From assembly GCA_013239625.1 (NCBI GenBank), contig MU053881.1, positions 9,447,957-9,511,956 of the forward strand: a stretch of DNA of 64,000 bases, given 5' to 3'. The notes beneath the pieces are model-generated. The model saw nothing but the letters and a program-made list of their open reading frames with translations. It was not told the DNA's origin and did not search any database. Below, piece by piece: positions 25,338 to 38,080 of the stretch; the first letter of the stretch is position 1; each line of letters starts with the position of its first letter. This stretch comes from Lama guanicoe. Its lineage: Eukaryota. A program made the position numbers and the translations under genes.

Positions 25338-26245
25338 CTTAAAATATCATCTAGAAGTATAATGGATACATAGCATTAGCATTAACATGCAGTTTAATTA
25401 TTAACCTTACATTATTACAGTGAGGGTTTAGGTCTATAGATTTTCCTGTGGGAGAGTCTTGCTTCATTGTGTTGTGTTTACAGCATCGTATGCTCTAACT
25501 CTACTGGAATTTAGTTATTTGTTTGAAACCAAAGAGCCCCCTCAGTTGAAAGCAACTGCAAAAATATAGCCCATTCTCCTGCTTCGTTGCTTTATGTGCA
25601 CACAAAGCTGGACCACAGAATCAACTTTTACATCATGTTCCTTTTCTTTCCAGATGCCACAATCCCTCTGAATGTATTCAGAGTATAAAGACTCTCATCA
25701 TTAGCGCTGTTTCCTATTCAGGGATTTGAAACACCTACAAGCTGAAGCTGGATCTGCAGAGAACGGTCCCACCCTGCTACCAATTCTCATAGTTTATTCT
25801 TTCTCCAAAAGAGAACCGATTTGCCTCACTATATTGCCACTTGGCCAAATAGAAACAAAACTGTCCAATCAACATAATCTCTGAAGCAACCAACCAAGGG
25901 ATGGGACTCATGAAAGAAATACAGTTGGCATTTACATTGATCACCACACTCCTCAGAAGCTGCCCACGAAATCTATTCACTCAGCAGCAATCTTAGATGC
26001 TAAAGTTTTTGTACTGAGATGCACAATCCAACAATAGGTCAAAACAGTAAGCTTTTACAACACAACAGCTTTTCAGCAAGACACACGTTTCTCTCTGTGT
26101 GGGGACTTGCCACAGCGCAGGAGCAAGTGGGATGTAATGGTCTCATATTTCAGATCAGAGAGCCAAAGTGTGCAGTACACATCAGACTCCAGTCTCATGA
26201 TACCTCCATCAAATAAAATCAGAGGTAGGGTGTACTCTGTATCAG

Positions 26246-26452
26246 AGCAGTGCGGCAGAAACATAACGGGCGACACAAATGCAAGCCGCCTATGTAACGT
26301 TACATTTTCCAGGAGCCATATTAAAAAACTGAAGAAACAGGTGAAATTAATTTTCATAGTATATTTGATTTAACCCAACATACCCACAGTACAACTTGGA
26401 CTGGCCGTATTCTAAATATTTAATGCTAATGGCTACCATATTGGACACCCAA
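26246..26452 (+). mobile_element. MER33-like hAT-Charlie element, internally deleted
   Basis: tatgtaacgttacattttccaggagccatattaaaaaactgaagaaacaggtgaaattaattttcatagtatatttgatttaacccaac...tggctaccatattggaca. Confidence 0.82.
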
Positions 26453-26571
26453 GCTCCACACGCTTCAGTTCACACTTGGGCACAATGTTACTGTGTGCCC
26501 CCTTCCTGTAATGCTCTTGGGACCGCCTAACCCTTCATTTAGCTAGCCCTGTTCATAAACCAAGTCAGAAG

Positions 26572-26685
26572 TATTTATTCAACACATATTTCTTGGGTGC
26601 ACACAATGTTCTAGGCAGTCCTCTAGAGGCAGATAGAGGAAAAGAAATGGACAAGGCAAAGACTCTGCCTTTCAGAACATAGCAA
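26572..26685 (-). mobile_element. L2 3' end fragment
   Basis: atttattcaacacatatttcttgggtgcacacaatgttctaggcagtc...gacaaggcaaagactctgccttt. Confidence 0.7.
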
Positions 26686-27875
26686 GTTTAATCATTTACC
26701 CAGAGAAACCTGGCCCAGTTCCTTGACAGATCCTACCCTTCTGTCATATTCTTTGGCAGGACACACTCCTACTTTATAGGACGTTTCCTACTTTAAATTA
26801 TCCGCTTAAGATCTACGATCCTTTAAGAGACCCCAAAGACCCATGCAATTGTGAAGACCACAGCTGTCTTTTTCATTGCTGCATTGCAAAGCCTACCTAG
26901 CACAGCCAGTGCCTGACACAGAGCAGATGTGCAGAACGACTTGTTGCCTATAAGGAAGAGAGGAGGTAAGTAAGAAAAAGAGGAAGGGAGGGAGGAAGGA
27001 AGGAGGGATGGAAGGAAGGGAGGGCGAGGATATACAATGGTAGAAAAAGAGACAGCTCTCTCTGAGTATCAGTGATGTTCATGAGCTAAATGGCAGACCC
27101 ACCTGCCATAATTTACCACTCTCCACCTTTTTTCATATGCAGCCCTTTTTGGATTCTCCCAAGCTCCACAGAACGGGTACTTTATACCTTGTATTTCATT
27201 GACTCTTTTCCTGGATTTACTTCAACGATTTCATTCTGAATATGATCTACAGATATGGATGCAGGGGCTTATGTTTTACAGCCACCCCAGTAAATTTGGA
27301 AGACTTTTCTATCCAGTTTATGTTGCATCATATGCATTTTAAAGAAGCTGGCTTCGTTTCACCACTGTCATCTTGCCAAAGACTGACAGACAGGGTGGCT
27401 AGAGGCTGCCCTCCTCCCAGACCCAGCTCTAACTGCAGAGATGTGCAAATATTTCCCTTCTAGTGGCCTATCTTACTGATTTCATTTGTAGATCACCATA
27501 GTTTCATTTGGGGGCCAGTGTTTTGGGGTTTTTTTTTTTCTGTTTTTGTTTTTGCATTTCTGCTAACACATACCATATACGCATAGGAGGCATTTTCAAA
27601 TTTATGTTTCAGTCAAGAACTCTGAAATGTTTTATGATATATATTGAGTTTTTGAATCTTTTCCCTCCCCGTCCATATTTTACTCATTCTCTCATTTATT
27701 TCATCAATCTATAGATTCAGTTAAGCTGGCCAATGCAGAAACTGTCTGTAGCCTTCCATCTCAACCCTGCCACCAATACCCACACACACAGCATCAGTGA
27801 AGGTTTTACTGGCCCTGAAGTTTATGGTAAGGCATGGGAGCAAGCAGAAGATGGTTTGGCTTCTTCTAGGGAAGT

Positions 27876-28069
27876 CAGGGGTTTTTAATGTGTGGTCCAG
27901 GTACCAACAGCACAGATGTCACTCAGGAACTTGCTAGAAATGCAAATCTTCAGTCATCTCCCCAGACATACCAAATCAGAGAATCTGGGGATGGGGTCCA
28001 GCAATCTGTTTTATGGAGCCCTGCGGGGGACTCTGGCATACAATCCGACACACAGTTTAAAAACCACTG
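27876..28069 (+). mobile_element. MER5A MITE
   Basis: cagggg...tgtgtggtcc...ggaacttgctagaaatgcaaat...aatcagagaatctggggatggggtccagcaatctg...aaaaccactg. Confidence 0.88.
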
Positions 28070-29159
28070 CTCTCGGGAACCTCTCGCCTGGTTGACTAAG
28101 TGAGATATTACCAAGGAAACAAAAGTGAATTAGCTTTTGGGAGCCCAATACGGTACCATGATAGAGAAACATATTTAAAGAACACATTTAAATCTTATGA
28201 TATCAAATGATTTAAAAAATAAAACCATAAAAACAAATAAAATTTATACGAAAATGGCACAAGCATTAAAAAAATAAGCCCTTAAAGTGGAAATTTATCA
28301 CATCTCATCATAAAGGGGAAAAGAAGTCACTGGGGCTATTTTAAAATCTACAACATTTCTGAAGTGAAATTCCAAGTTGTCTTTCAGTATTTGTTTACAG
28401 TATTTTTAGAGCTCCCTCTGCACGCTGTGTTTTCTTTCAGACACACTGCCAACTTCTTGTATCTGTCATCTGGTTTCGAAAATGAAGTTTCTCATCATTT
28501 TTTAAGCATTTCGCCATTTCAATTGTCACACGAATGCCTGGTACATCTGGAAGTTCTCCTGATAGGATGGATTTAGAATCTACATTTAAAAGCGTGTCAA
28601 ATAATTACCAACATTTAATTTTGTATTCCTTCAGAAAAAAAAATCCATTAGAGTTTCTACAGTTTTTTCTTCCATGCCGTTCCCTAAATTAAATTTCCTA
28701 TTAAAAAAGCTGGAATCTAGGACTTCTCAGGCTTTACATTTTCAAATTTAAATTCAAAAAAGCAGAAAGGAATGATATGGAATGAAGTTGATTTATTCCA
28801 GGGGTTTGTTCTTTTTAAACATAAAATAAACTGAGAATCACAAGGGGGTGGCTGGCAGAAAATCACATGACTGAGGCCGGCATCCTCACCTTATTTTCTT
28901 TGGGGATTACACGTTGCTTTGGGCTTTTTCTTTCAAGCACCAGTCATCGATTCTTTTTCCTCCAATAGTAATGTTCTGATAATTCTGATCCTTTTAATTA
29001 CTTTTAATACAAACCATTTGGCACCCTCGAACTCTGATAGTGTTTCTCGGAAAGGTTCAAAATGGTAAACTCAAGTACCCTGGCATTCCCCAAAGTGCAC
29101 TATGCCTTCAGGAAGTTAACTCCTGTCACACTGAAAAGGGTCAGACTGCAAAGGCTGTT

Positions 29160-29400
29160 TAGGATGGTAGCAAAGAGCACAAACTTGGGAGTCAAATTGT
29201 ACAGGTATGAAGTTAGCCTGGTCCCTGACTGGCCTCTTGACCTTGAGCAATTTTTTAAATTCCATGTCTAAGCTTTCTCATCTGTAAAAAGGGCATCAGA
29301 ACTTAAGTCTTGAATTGTTGTTACAAAAGACTGAAGAATTCAGTGCATGGAAACAGTCTAGCAAGAGGCCAAATTCATAGTATCCAAACACTTACTGATA
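29160..29400 (+). mobile_element. MIR SINE
   Basis: aagagcacaaacttgggagtca...tgaccttgagcaa...ctttctcatctgtaaaaaggg. Confidence 0.78.
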
Positions 29401-30819
29401 TTCTTTGTTGATGCTCTTGTAATATAACAGGTTCATCTCTGAAATGACGCCTTGGTAAGAAGTTCTTTCTGTCAGGGGCAAGTATTTAACACTTCTTATT
29501 TTGCGTTAACTAAAAAAGTTTATGGCGCTTTCCATAAACCTGTCAAAATGTATGATGGACACGTGACTGGACAAATAAGTGGGCGAGTCCATGGAGATTC
29601 CAGGAGGGTGCTTTCTTGGGAATAGGAGACACCACGTTCCCAGCAACCATCCTTCCTCCCCTTCCAGGGCTCTCCACCTTGTCCTCCCTTCCACACTCCG
29701 TGCCAACCAAAACAACACTGCCCCTCCACCATACACACACATGAGGAAGCAGGAGGTCCCCACTGCTCAAGTTTCTGTGGGCAACACACAGTTCTCTCCT
29801 GATGACTTTCCCCACCTAACAGAGAAAGGGTCCCTTGTGACGCCATATGGAAAGGTTACCTGTGCTCGTATTAAAGCACCTACAGAATTTTAGGACACGA
29901 TGTGCATCAGGTTAACTGAGTCACTGCACCTTTTATTTTTCTTTTAAAATATATAGGCATTTAGATCTATATTTATTACCATAATATACCAATATAACAA
30001 AATATACTATAATATACTATAAGTGTTAGAATGTACAAAGGAATACTTTTTATATAGTCCAGTATATGTTTATTTTATATATGTGTGTGTGTACATATAG
30101 AATTCATAAGAACAGCAGATGCTCACTGTAGAAAATATTGTGCATGGATACATGGATACTTCCAGCCACTACATGCCCAGTAACACACACACACACACAC
30201 AGAGACATAAATGCGACCTTTCACTAAATGTATTTATTAGTGTTTATAGAAGTAGCAAGGGTAATAATCCTCTCTTCTCCTCTTGAATCCTAAGCTCATG
30301 AAGAAGCGGTGAAAAGCTGCAGGATATTAAGTGTGAAAGAAGCCTACGTTCCTCACTCCTCTCTTCCTGGAGAAAGGAAGAAACTCCCATGTTCCAGACA
30401 GAAAAAGCGTCTGGTTCCAGGATCCAGTTCCATCCCTCTCCAACCCCTCTGTTACTTCTCCCCAGGAGAGGAGGAGTCACTCACTTGATGCGTGAAAAAT
30501 GAGAGGAAGTGGACAAGGAGATGCCACTCCCCAGCCACCATGACAGGGAGGCCTGGTCTCCCAGGACTGAGTGCCTGAGTTTCACGGGGATGGGGTAAGG
30601 TCAAGGAGTGACAGAGAGTATTTGGAAGCTGCTATTTTTAATCTCCATTACCTGGCTCTCCCTTTGCTGGTTTCCACCTTAGGTTAGGAACAGAGAGGGG
30701 GTGATTCTTTGGTGCTTGACACGTCCTTGGTAAGACCCAAATCTCTACTGTATAACTGGCTTGCTGTCCCTTCACATACAGAGAGTATTTCCCCCTGTCA
30801 TTAAATGCTCTTTCTTCTG

Positions 30820-31190
30820 CGGCACCCTCTTTAATGACTATTCAGCATTTCCTTCCTTTGCATGATTCTCCATACCTCACTGAATCAGTCTCCTGGTTGA
30901 GTTGGGTTTTAAAGATAACTGGGTTTTGAAATATTAACTTATTGTAAATAATACAAACATACAGTAATCTTTCTAAACTGTTCAGTTCATCTCCTGAGGA
31001 TGAATTCTGAAATGAAGACTGGCTGGATCAACACAGATGAACATTTGAAATGTTTTGTGTGTTCATTTTTTATATACAGTGCAAAGTTGTCATCCAGAAA
31101 GTTTGCATCATTTAATGCCCTCCCCCCAGAAGTACACGGGAATACCTGTTACCTTGTACCTGAACTAGAATAAAAGGACAGTATTACAAG
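30820..31190 (-). mobile_element. Old L1 (L1ME/L1M5-like) fragment
   Basis: ggctggatcaacacagatgaacatttg...gcaaagttgtcatccagaaagtttgcatcatttaatgccctccccccagaagtacacgggaatacctgtt resembles a degenerate antisense ORF2 end. Confidence 0.65.
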
Positions 31191-32699
31191 ACTTCGTCAT
31201 ATTTCACTTCCTGTGATTTTTTTACATGCTTTCGGTGGTGGAAAAGAGCCAGGTGGATGCTTTGTTTGGGAGGCACTGTTTTACTGCAGTTTGCCCAAGT
31301 GTGAAATGCCATATTCCCTTAAATCACGTTACCTAATCTCTTGACATTACAAATATTAGCATTTTAAAACCTGTTTTGAAATTAAGACAAAAGCAAACGT
31401 CCCTGCTAATGTACGTGTATGTGTGTGTGTGGAGGGGGAGTTCCATGGAAACCAGCAGAGGAATTAAAATGGCAATTAAGTCTGAGACAGCGGGATGGAG
31501 CCAGCAACGGACCGGATGAGGATGTAACTGGAACTGATAGGACAAGAATGAGAAGGTGTTCCTTTGCATTTTACATTTTCCTTACTTTTTTGGTCATGCT
31601 TTCAGGGACCCTCAATAAATCCTATCTCCACTACAGTGCTTCTCCTGCAGTTTCTTAAAAACACGACAGGCAGTTACAACATAAACACAGCTCAATTTAG
31701 GCCACAGGATGGCAGTCTGGGTGCATACAAGTGATGACGTGCCACACTCCCCCCCTCCCCAAAGAAAGGCTCTCTGTCCTCTGGGAGGCTGGGGGAGACA
31801 CTACTCAGCCCAGGTCCAAGTCCAGCACCTGCAAGGGAGGAGCTGACAGTGACTAACGTTCTCTGCAGTCAGAACGCCTGGCTTCTCTGCTGTGTTTTCC
31901 CAACATGTCAAACGCTGGCCAGGGTCTCCCTAGAACACCTGACCTCCTAGCCTTCTCTCTTCCTTGAAGGTTACGCTGACAGAGAGCAAGGATATTCTTC
32001 CCATTAATGCAGTGCACCTGAAATGGACACATTATAAACTGACCATACTTCAGTTTAAAAAAAAAAACATTCTGATTGCTTCACAGGAAGCCGATATAAC
32101 CCTGAGAGGAACACGTGGGGAAATGTAACCATTTCACTGCTTGTGCCTCACATGGTCAAAGTGCATTTTCCACATCATTCATACTTCCGAGTATCCAAAA
32201 TAGCAGGGCTGTTTTACTTGAAACATAACGCAGATTCCATTATGTAGGAGTGGGGTGAACACGTGTTAAATGCAGCTGTAGGTTAAATCATATAGAATCA
32301 TTTTCCCATATTTGGACAACTGCAGTTGCTCCTATTATGACAGTTATTTTAGTATTATTATTGTTTATCATTAAAACGTGATATAAAAAGAAAAAAGGTC
32401 CTTAAGCTTGAAATATTAAGACTTCTGACATAATCACTAGAACATCCAAAGAAGACACAAAGGATAAGACCTTGACAGACAAAGTACACTTAATTGAATC
32501 TTAGTAAACTACAAATAGCGGTAAAAAGAGATTAAAACCATCACAGTGATGTTCACTGATGGAAGGAAAGAGGAAGGAGTTTTCAGGCAAAGGCATTGCG
32601 GGGGTGGGGGAAGGGTAATAAGGAGACAGTGTGGGGACAAAGGGAACTCCTGCCAAGGAAATGCCAGAAAAATAATTCAATATTTAAAATATGACAAAA

Positions 32700-32970
32700 T
32701 GAGAGAAATTCTTGAATGCCTACAAAGCTAGGATGCTGGAGACACTATTTGGAGATCAATCAGGTACCATGGCAGAAAAGACTGGACTGAATTAGGACAG
32801 GACGGAGGCAGAGAGGAAGAGGAGAGACGTAGATGTGTTAGGAAGACGCCGTAACTGACTAATGTAACAAGGGCTCAGACAAGAGGGGCTGCGGAGGAAA
32901 TGGAGAAAAATCTGCAGGTTAGAGAGATCCTGGGAGAAATATGGGCTGTCCAGCCTAGGTGACTAAGTGC
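32700..32970 (-). mobile_element. L2 fragment
   Basis: cttgaatgcc, gactggactgaattagg...ggaggcagagagg, aggttagagagat...ctaggtgactaa resemble antisense L2. Confidence 0.5.
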
Positions 32971-33964
32971 AACCAGCTGGGCAGCCTTCAAAAATCACAA
33001 TTTCAGATACCCCAGCATCACCTCCAATCCTTTCAGCTCACAACAATAACTCTTTGAGCTGGTCTCCAAGGACTCATTTTTCTTCTTCTGCAGTCCCCTC
33101 TAGTCTTCATGTCATTCTTTTTCCTGCTCCACCAGAATAATGTCCTAGGAAGGGTCCTCAGTTCCCTTGCCTCTGGATTTATTGGACAGAACCCTGAATG
33201 CACCCAAGAAGCCATCAGCTTATTTCCAGCCCTACCGCACTGCTGCAGGCGAACAATGAAGGGGATTATCTGACAAGACAGAATGGCATAGGTATAAACC
33301 CATGAGAAGTGGCCTTAAATTGCCCCCCAAATTTCACTACATTTCTCTGTTATGGTCCATCTCTATGTTCAGTAACTATGAGGAGCATTTTCATAGGCAA
33401 CACCTTAATTTTATTGGATAATGTTGCCTCATTCTCTTTAAGCATATTTGGAAACTGTGATATGGAAATTTCATCCCATATCTAGAAACCCACTGTGCCT
33501 GCAGCCATTCTCCCCTACTCTGTTATTACAACGGGAAAAATTTTCTTTCTTCCGTGAAATGCTACAACTTTCACATGGGCACCGGATATGAGCCCTGCAC
33601 CTTCAAAAAGATTTCTGTTTTGCAATTTTGACCTCACGTTCCGGAACTGATACTTCCCACCCACACACAAACATGATCTAGACTGTCATTCGTTTCATCA
33701 TCATGGTTTTAATAAGCACAAACTATGTATCAGGTGTTTATGACTCAGGGATTTATGAATTAAAATAAAAAACCCATAGTGTTCTAGAGTCTGCTAGTGG
33801 AAATTCTAGTCTCATTTGAAAACAAACAAAAAATAAAAATAAAACAATCTGCTTCCATTACCACGCAGTCTTCTGGAATCAACCATTACTCTGTTCCACT
33901 TCATAGAGAAATTGCTTCTGAGAGCTGTGTACCCACGATGTCCTGACGTTACCAACTTGCAATC

Positions 33965-34325
33965 GTTTTTCAAACCACTCCAGTCTTGCTCCTGTTCCCA
34001 TCACCCCACTAAACCTGCTCCAGCTGAAGTCTCAAAAGGTATCCAGGTTGCTAAGTCCAACCTTGCCCTTCAGTCCTCATCCTCCCCTTGGCACCCCTGA
34101 ACTGCGTCCTCAACCCTTTCTTTCCAAAGCACTCTTCTCTGAACTTTTGCTCTATCACACCCTTGGCTGGACTTCTTTCAGACCCTCGATTGTTCCACTC
34201 TGTGTGAATCTCCCCGTGCATGCAGCTCTCTCCGTCCGCCTCCACGCCTGCCTCCTTCTCCTCTTCAGGACTCAGCTTAACCATCACTTCTTCCAAGAAG
34301 CCTTTCCTATCCAGCCAATCTAATG
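33965..34325 (+). mobile_element. L2 fragment including decayed reverse-transcriptase motif
   Basis: ORF 33912-34100 segment KPLQSCSCSHHPTKPAPAEVSKGIQVAKSN resembles the L2/CR1 RT motif PLQSGFRPHHSTETALxKVxND...AKSN; downstream tcagcttaaccatcacttcttccaagaagcctttcct is an L2 3' motif. Confidence 0.75.
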
Positions 34326-34841
34326 TGAACTTCAGTTTCCCTTTCATGTTACCCTCTTCTTTGCCACCAGATCCTCTGTCACCAATGTATATAAGTACGT
34401 GCAAATTTGCTTTAAAAACAAGAATTTTCACTATTTTTTTCTTTTGAAAAAAAAATAACAGTGTGGTAGTTAATAAAACACTTTTTTTTCTTTTAAAAAA
34501 ATAAATAAAAACAAGAATTTGTTGTACCATTACAAACTGAGTTTATATTACTATTCTGACTAGAAATGTCATGATGTGGGTCCTCTATGCCCTAATGCCT
34601 GGCTCAGAGTAAACAGTAGTTGAATAAATAAACTAGGTGTTACGCTCTTTTTATATTGTACCACATTTGAGATTTGTCTTTTGGAGTGGATAATAAGGAA
34701 AATCTCAGTGAAACCCATAATGCAGGAAAATTTGGAAGGGAACTTGCTCTTAGAAAAAGACTGTGATCCATTTTGAGCATTCTGAGCTGTTACTCAGTAT
34801 TTAAAGGAAAGATCTAGCACGCAGATGGAGACCCGTTTTAG

Positions 34842-35445
34842 TAGACGGTGTGGCTTTCTCTCATTATCCACTCCACCATAACCCACTGCATTGAAGCCAT
34901 ATAACATAGTGGCTTGACCTCCCCTCCAGTGATAAAATTACTTATGGTCCTCTCATTTCTCCTTGTCAAGGATTTGTTTGTGAACCCAGGTCGAAGCCAA
35001 TCAGTATAGAACATTCAGTGACAATAGGGTTTGGCTCAGGAATGAGCATGGGGCCCAACTCAAGGCAAGGAGACATGAAGGAAAGGTTTCTTAAAACAGA
35101 CGGGAAAATTTGTCTTGTTCCTAGAGAACAAAGAAGAGATGTTCTTTCTGTCCTGCTGAAATCAGGGAGGAAGCACATGGCCCTAGCTGCCACTGTCAAT
35201 TGTCACAAAGCAAAGTCACGTCTGGGATAAAGCCCATGTGTGGACTGCAAATCCAAAAGACAGAAGGAACCTGCTTTCCTGACTATGTCATCAATGGCTG
35301 GGTTAACAAGCCCTGAAGCCCCCGAACTCTGCTCTTTCCTGTTAGGACCCAATAACCTATTAACAGGCTATTTACAGCCAGATTGTCTGATTTCTTTTTT
35401 TTTTCTTTCTTTCTTTGAGCTGAAAATTTCTTACCTGTTACCATA
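34842..35445 (+). mobile_element. MLT1 (K/L-like) solo LTR
   Basis: gccaatcag, ttggctcaggaatgagcatggggcccaa, aaaagacagaaggaacctgctttcctgactatgtcatc, ccctgaagcc. Confidence 0.7.
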
Positions 35446-37195
35446 TAAGGCAAGAGCCTGGGGGAATGAGCAAAAGAAAAACCCAGAAAATGGACAAGCT
35501 CACTGAAAGAGTAACACCATTGACAAAACAGTGGGAGGAGTCAACCACTACAGTTGGCAAGTATTTTATCTAAAGAAGCAGGTTAATAGTTAGAAATAAT
35601 AAATATAAATTGGGGCAAGTATGGCCAAAAAAAAGTGATCCACCCAAGTCAGTTAGCTATCCCTCTCTTCAGAGGAGCAATACTGGTCACATTATTCAAT
35701 CATACGCTTATAGCAGTACGCAACAGAAGCCCAGGTACCAGAAAACGAAGAGCGCATGAAGAATTATTTCTAGGGAGAAACATCAACAAAATTCCAATAA
35801 GGAATATCAAGGAAAAGTTCACTGATTCACCCAAGAACAAATAACATTTTACAAGTGTTGCGCGAATGTTTCACTCTTTATGGAGAGATGTCTTTTATTC
35901 TAGGCACTGTCCAGGCTCCATGTCTACCCTTCAATTGCCCACAGACTCCTGGTGGAGAAGCAGACGAGGAAGAGGTACACCACAGTCTGGTTAATTCTGA
36001 AAAAAATGTGGGTACAGGTTCTGGTGCCATGGCAGTGACATAACCCACTGATGGAGTCTGGCCAGGTGAAACATCTCGGGGAAGTACCGCCTGAATGATG
36101 TGTCTAAGGAAGAGTAGTGGTTGTCAAGAAAAGGAGAAAGCAAGTTTTTGGCAAAAAACAAACAAACAAAAGCAAAACAAACAAACAAATCCTAGAGAAA
36201 TGAGAGATAAGTAACATAACTCTCAAGTATGAGTCTTGTGTCCTGATCCAGATTAGAGCTTTCTGGTGCCCTTATATATGGCCTTGTGCAAATTAGAAAA
36301 TAAATGAAAAGCGTCTCTTAGCCATGGCATTCTACATCACCACGTACGGTTAGATGAACGAACACGACAAACACCCTCCAAGAGTCCTTCAAGGTACCAG
36401 ATCTTTTTGTATTCATTCCAAAAGGCAAATGGCTCAGACACCAGCTTCTCCGGGATTTATTTCATCTGCTGCTTACAGAAAGACCTGTAGACTCAGCCAC
36501 ATAAGGGTAGGGGTATATTTGGGAACCAAGTATGCAAATACTGTTATCAGATGATACTTTATGCACCTCAGTACAATGAACATGGGCCTCCAGATAAGGC
36601 TTCTCTCAAAGAATACCTGACCATAAGCAAATAAATGCGTCTGGTTTTCTAAAACAAAAACTGAAGCCAGTGGAGGAAATTTTATCTATGATCAAGAACA
36701 TCTTTTCTGAATCAGTGGAGTCAGAGTCCAAACAACTTGACTATTTTTCATTCTTCATGAGCTTCTGATATGTTGATGAAGACCACTGTCCAAGGACCAG
36801 TTCCCACTATTTCCTAAGGTCTCGCTCTTGTCCCTGCGAAGTCTGAAGGAGGGAAGCCCAGCTCACCAATTATTCCATGAAAGGAAGTGTGCTCCTGACA
36901 AAAGCAGCTGCCCTGTGCATGCAAACCAAGGCAGAAGCTAACCATCACTGGCACAGAAAAAAAATTCCCCAGCAAATCTCAGAGGCTAAAGAATTTATAG
37001 TCTCCCTCGTAGCTAATTCTTGTCTTCAGCACATTCTAACTTTGCAGAAAGTCCCCCTTAGATTTAATTCAAGGCTATCTTCATGGAGAATAACTTAATA
37101 TAGTCTCAGGAAGAAGCAGTAAATATTCCATGTGGCAAGATCTGAGGCATGATAACTAAGCCTTGGGGCCAAAAATCTCCCTCCCACTGATGTTA

Positions 37196-37916
37196 CCGTA
37201 TCTCAAAGGATTTAAAATCTATGGATTGTATGATATACCATTACTTCATAAATGACTAAGTAATGAAAAATATTGGCCATCAACTTATGAACTAATGCTT
37301 TATCACTTACATTTTTTGAACTCATTGAAAGAGCTCTTAAGACTTATTTAAACACAGATTCTAATTATATAATCCTTTTGTGGAAAATATGAACAGAATA
37401 AATTCCTAACACTTCCTATATTCAGAATCCAGCTCCTCCAAATCATGTGTTTTTACTGAGAGTCATAAATGTCTATGTTTTTCCACACATGAAACTTCTC
37501 TGAGCTGGAGAGTTGGTGATGCAGCATTTCTTAAAATAGTGCTCTGCTATCATCTCAGTGATTTTCCTCCAAGCTGTTGTCACCCATTCTCTAAGTTTTG
37601 TTGTTGACGCTTTCTTGATCTTAGGAGAAGGTTTAAATAGAAGATTATCAGAAAGCAACTAGGAGAAATATTTATTCTTTAGATATTCGCTAAAGGAAAC
37701 ATCAAGTTGCTGCATTTCAATGCAGACAAAACCAAACCCAACATCTATCACTGATACTGTGCATGGCTTGATTGAAATTTTGACTGTTCCCACATGCACA
37801 ATGACCATGACAATTCCATTACAGTGGGCTCTGGTCAACAGGGATTCAGGGTGGTCATCAATTGTTACGGAGGTATTCAAACGTGAAAAACATGTCTTAA
37901 AATTGATGAAATATGG
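37196..37916 (-). mobile_element. Tigger13a-like TcMar-Tigger element with pogo-type transposase remnant
   Basis: Termini (ta)ccgtatctcaaaggatttaaaat / atgtcttaaaattgatgaaatatgg; minus-strand peptides QQLDVSF...Y and LSDNLLFKPSPKIKKASTTKLREWVTTAWRKITEMIAEHYFKKCCITN resemble the QPLDV...W...SFKKCCITN C-terminus of pogo/POGK-like DDE transposases. Confidence 0.88.
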
Positions 37917-37936
37917 ATACCCCGAGTAAATAAGGA

Positions 37937-38080
37937 ATTCATTTATTCACTCATCGGACCACTAGAAATGGAAGCTATTGAGTGCTCACTGTCTGGTAGG
38001 CACATGGATAAGGGTCATGGACTGTTGAAATGGATGGATTGGTTTCTCCAAACACATGCTCAGAAATTTACAGATCTACA
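37937..38080 (-). mobile_element. L2 3' end fragment
   Basis: attcatttattcactc...tattgagtgctcactgtctggtaggcac. Confidence 0.6.

Noticed and set aside
34051..34530. Longest ORF in the window (159 aa, minus strand)
   Set aside because: Antisense to an L2 remnant and to A/T-run low-complexity sequence, with biased composition and no domain.
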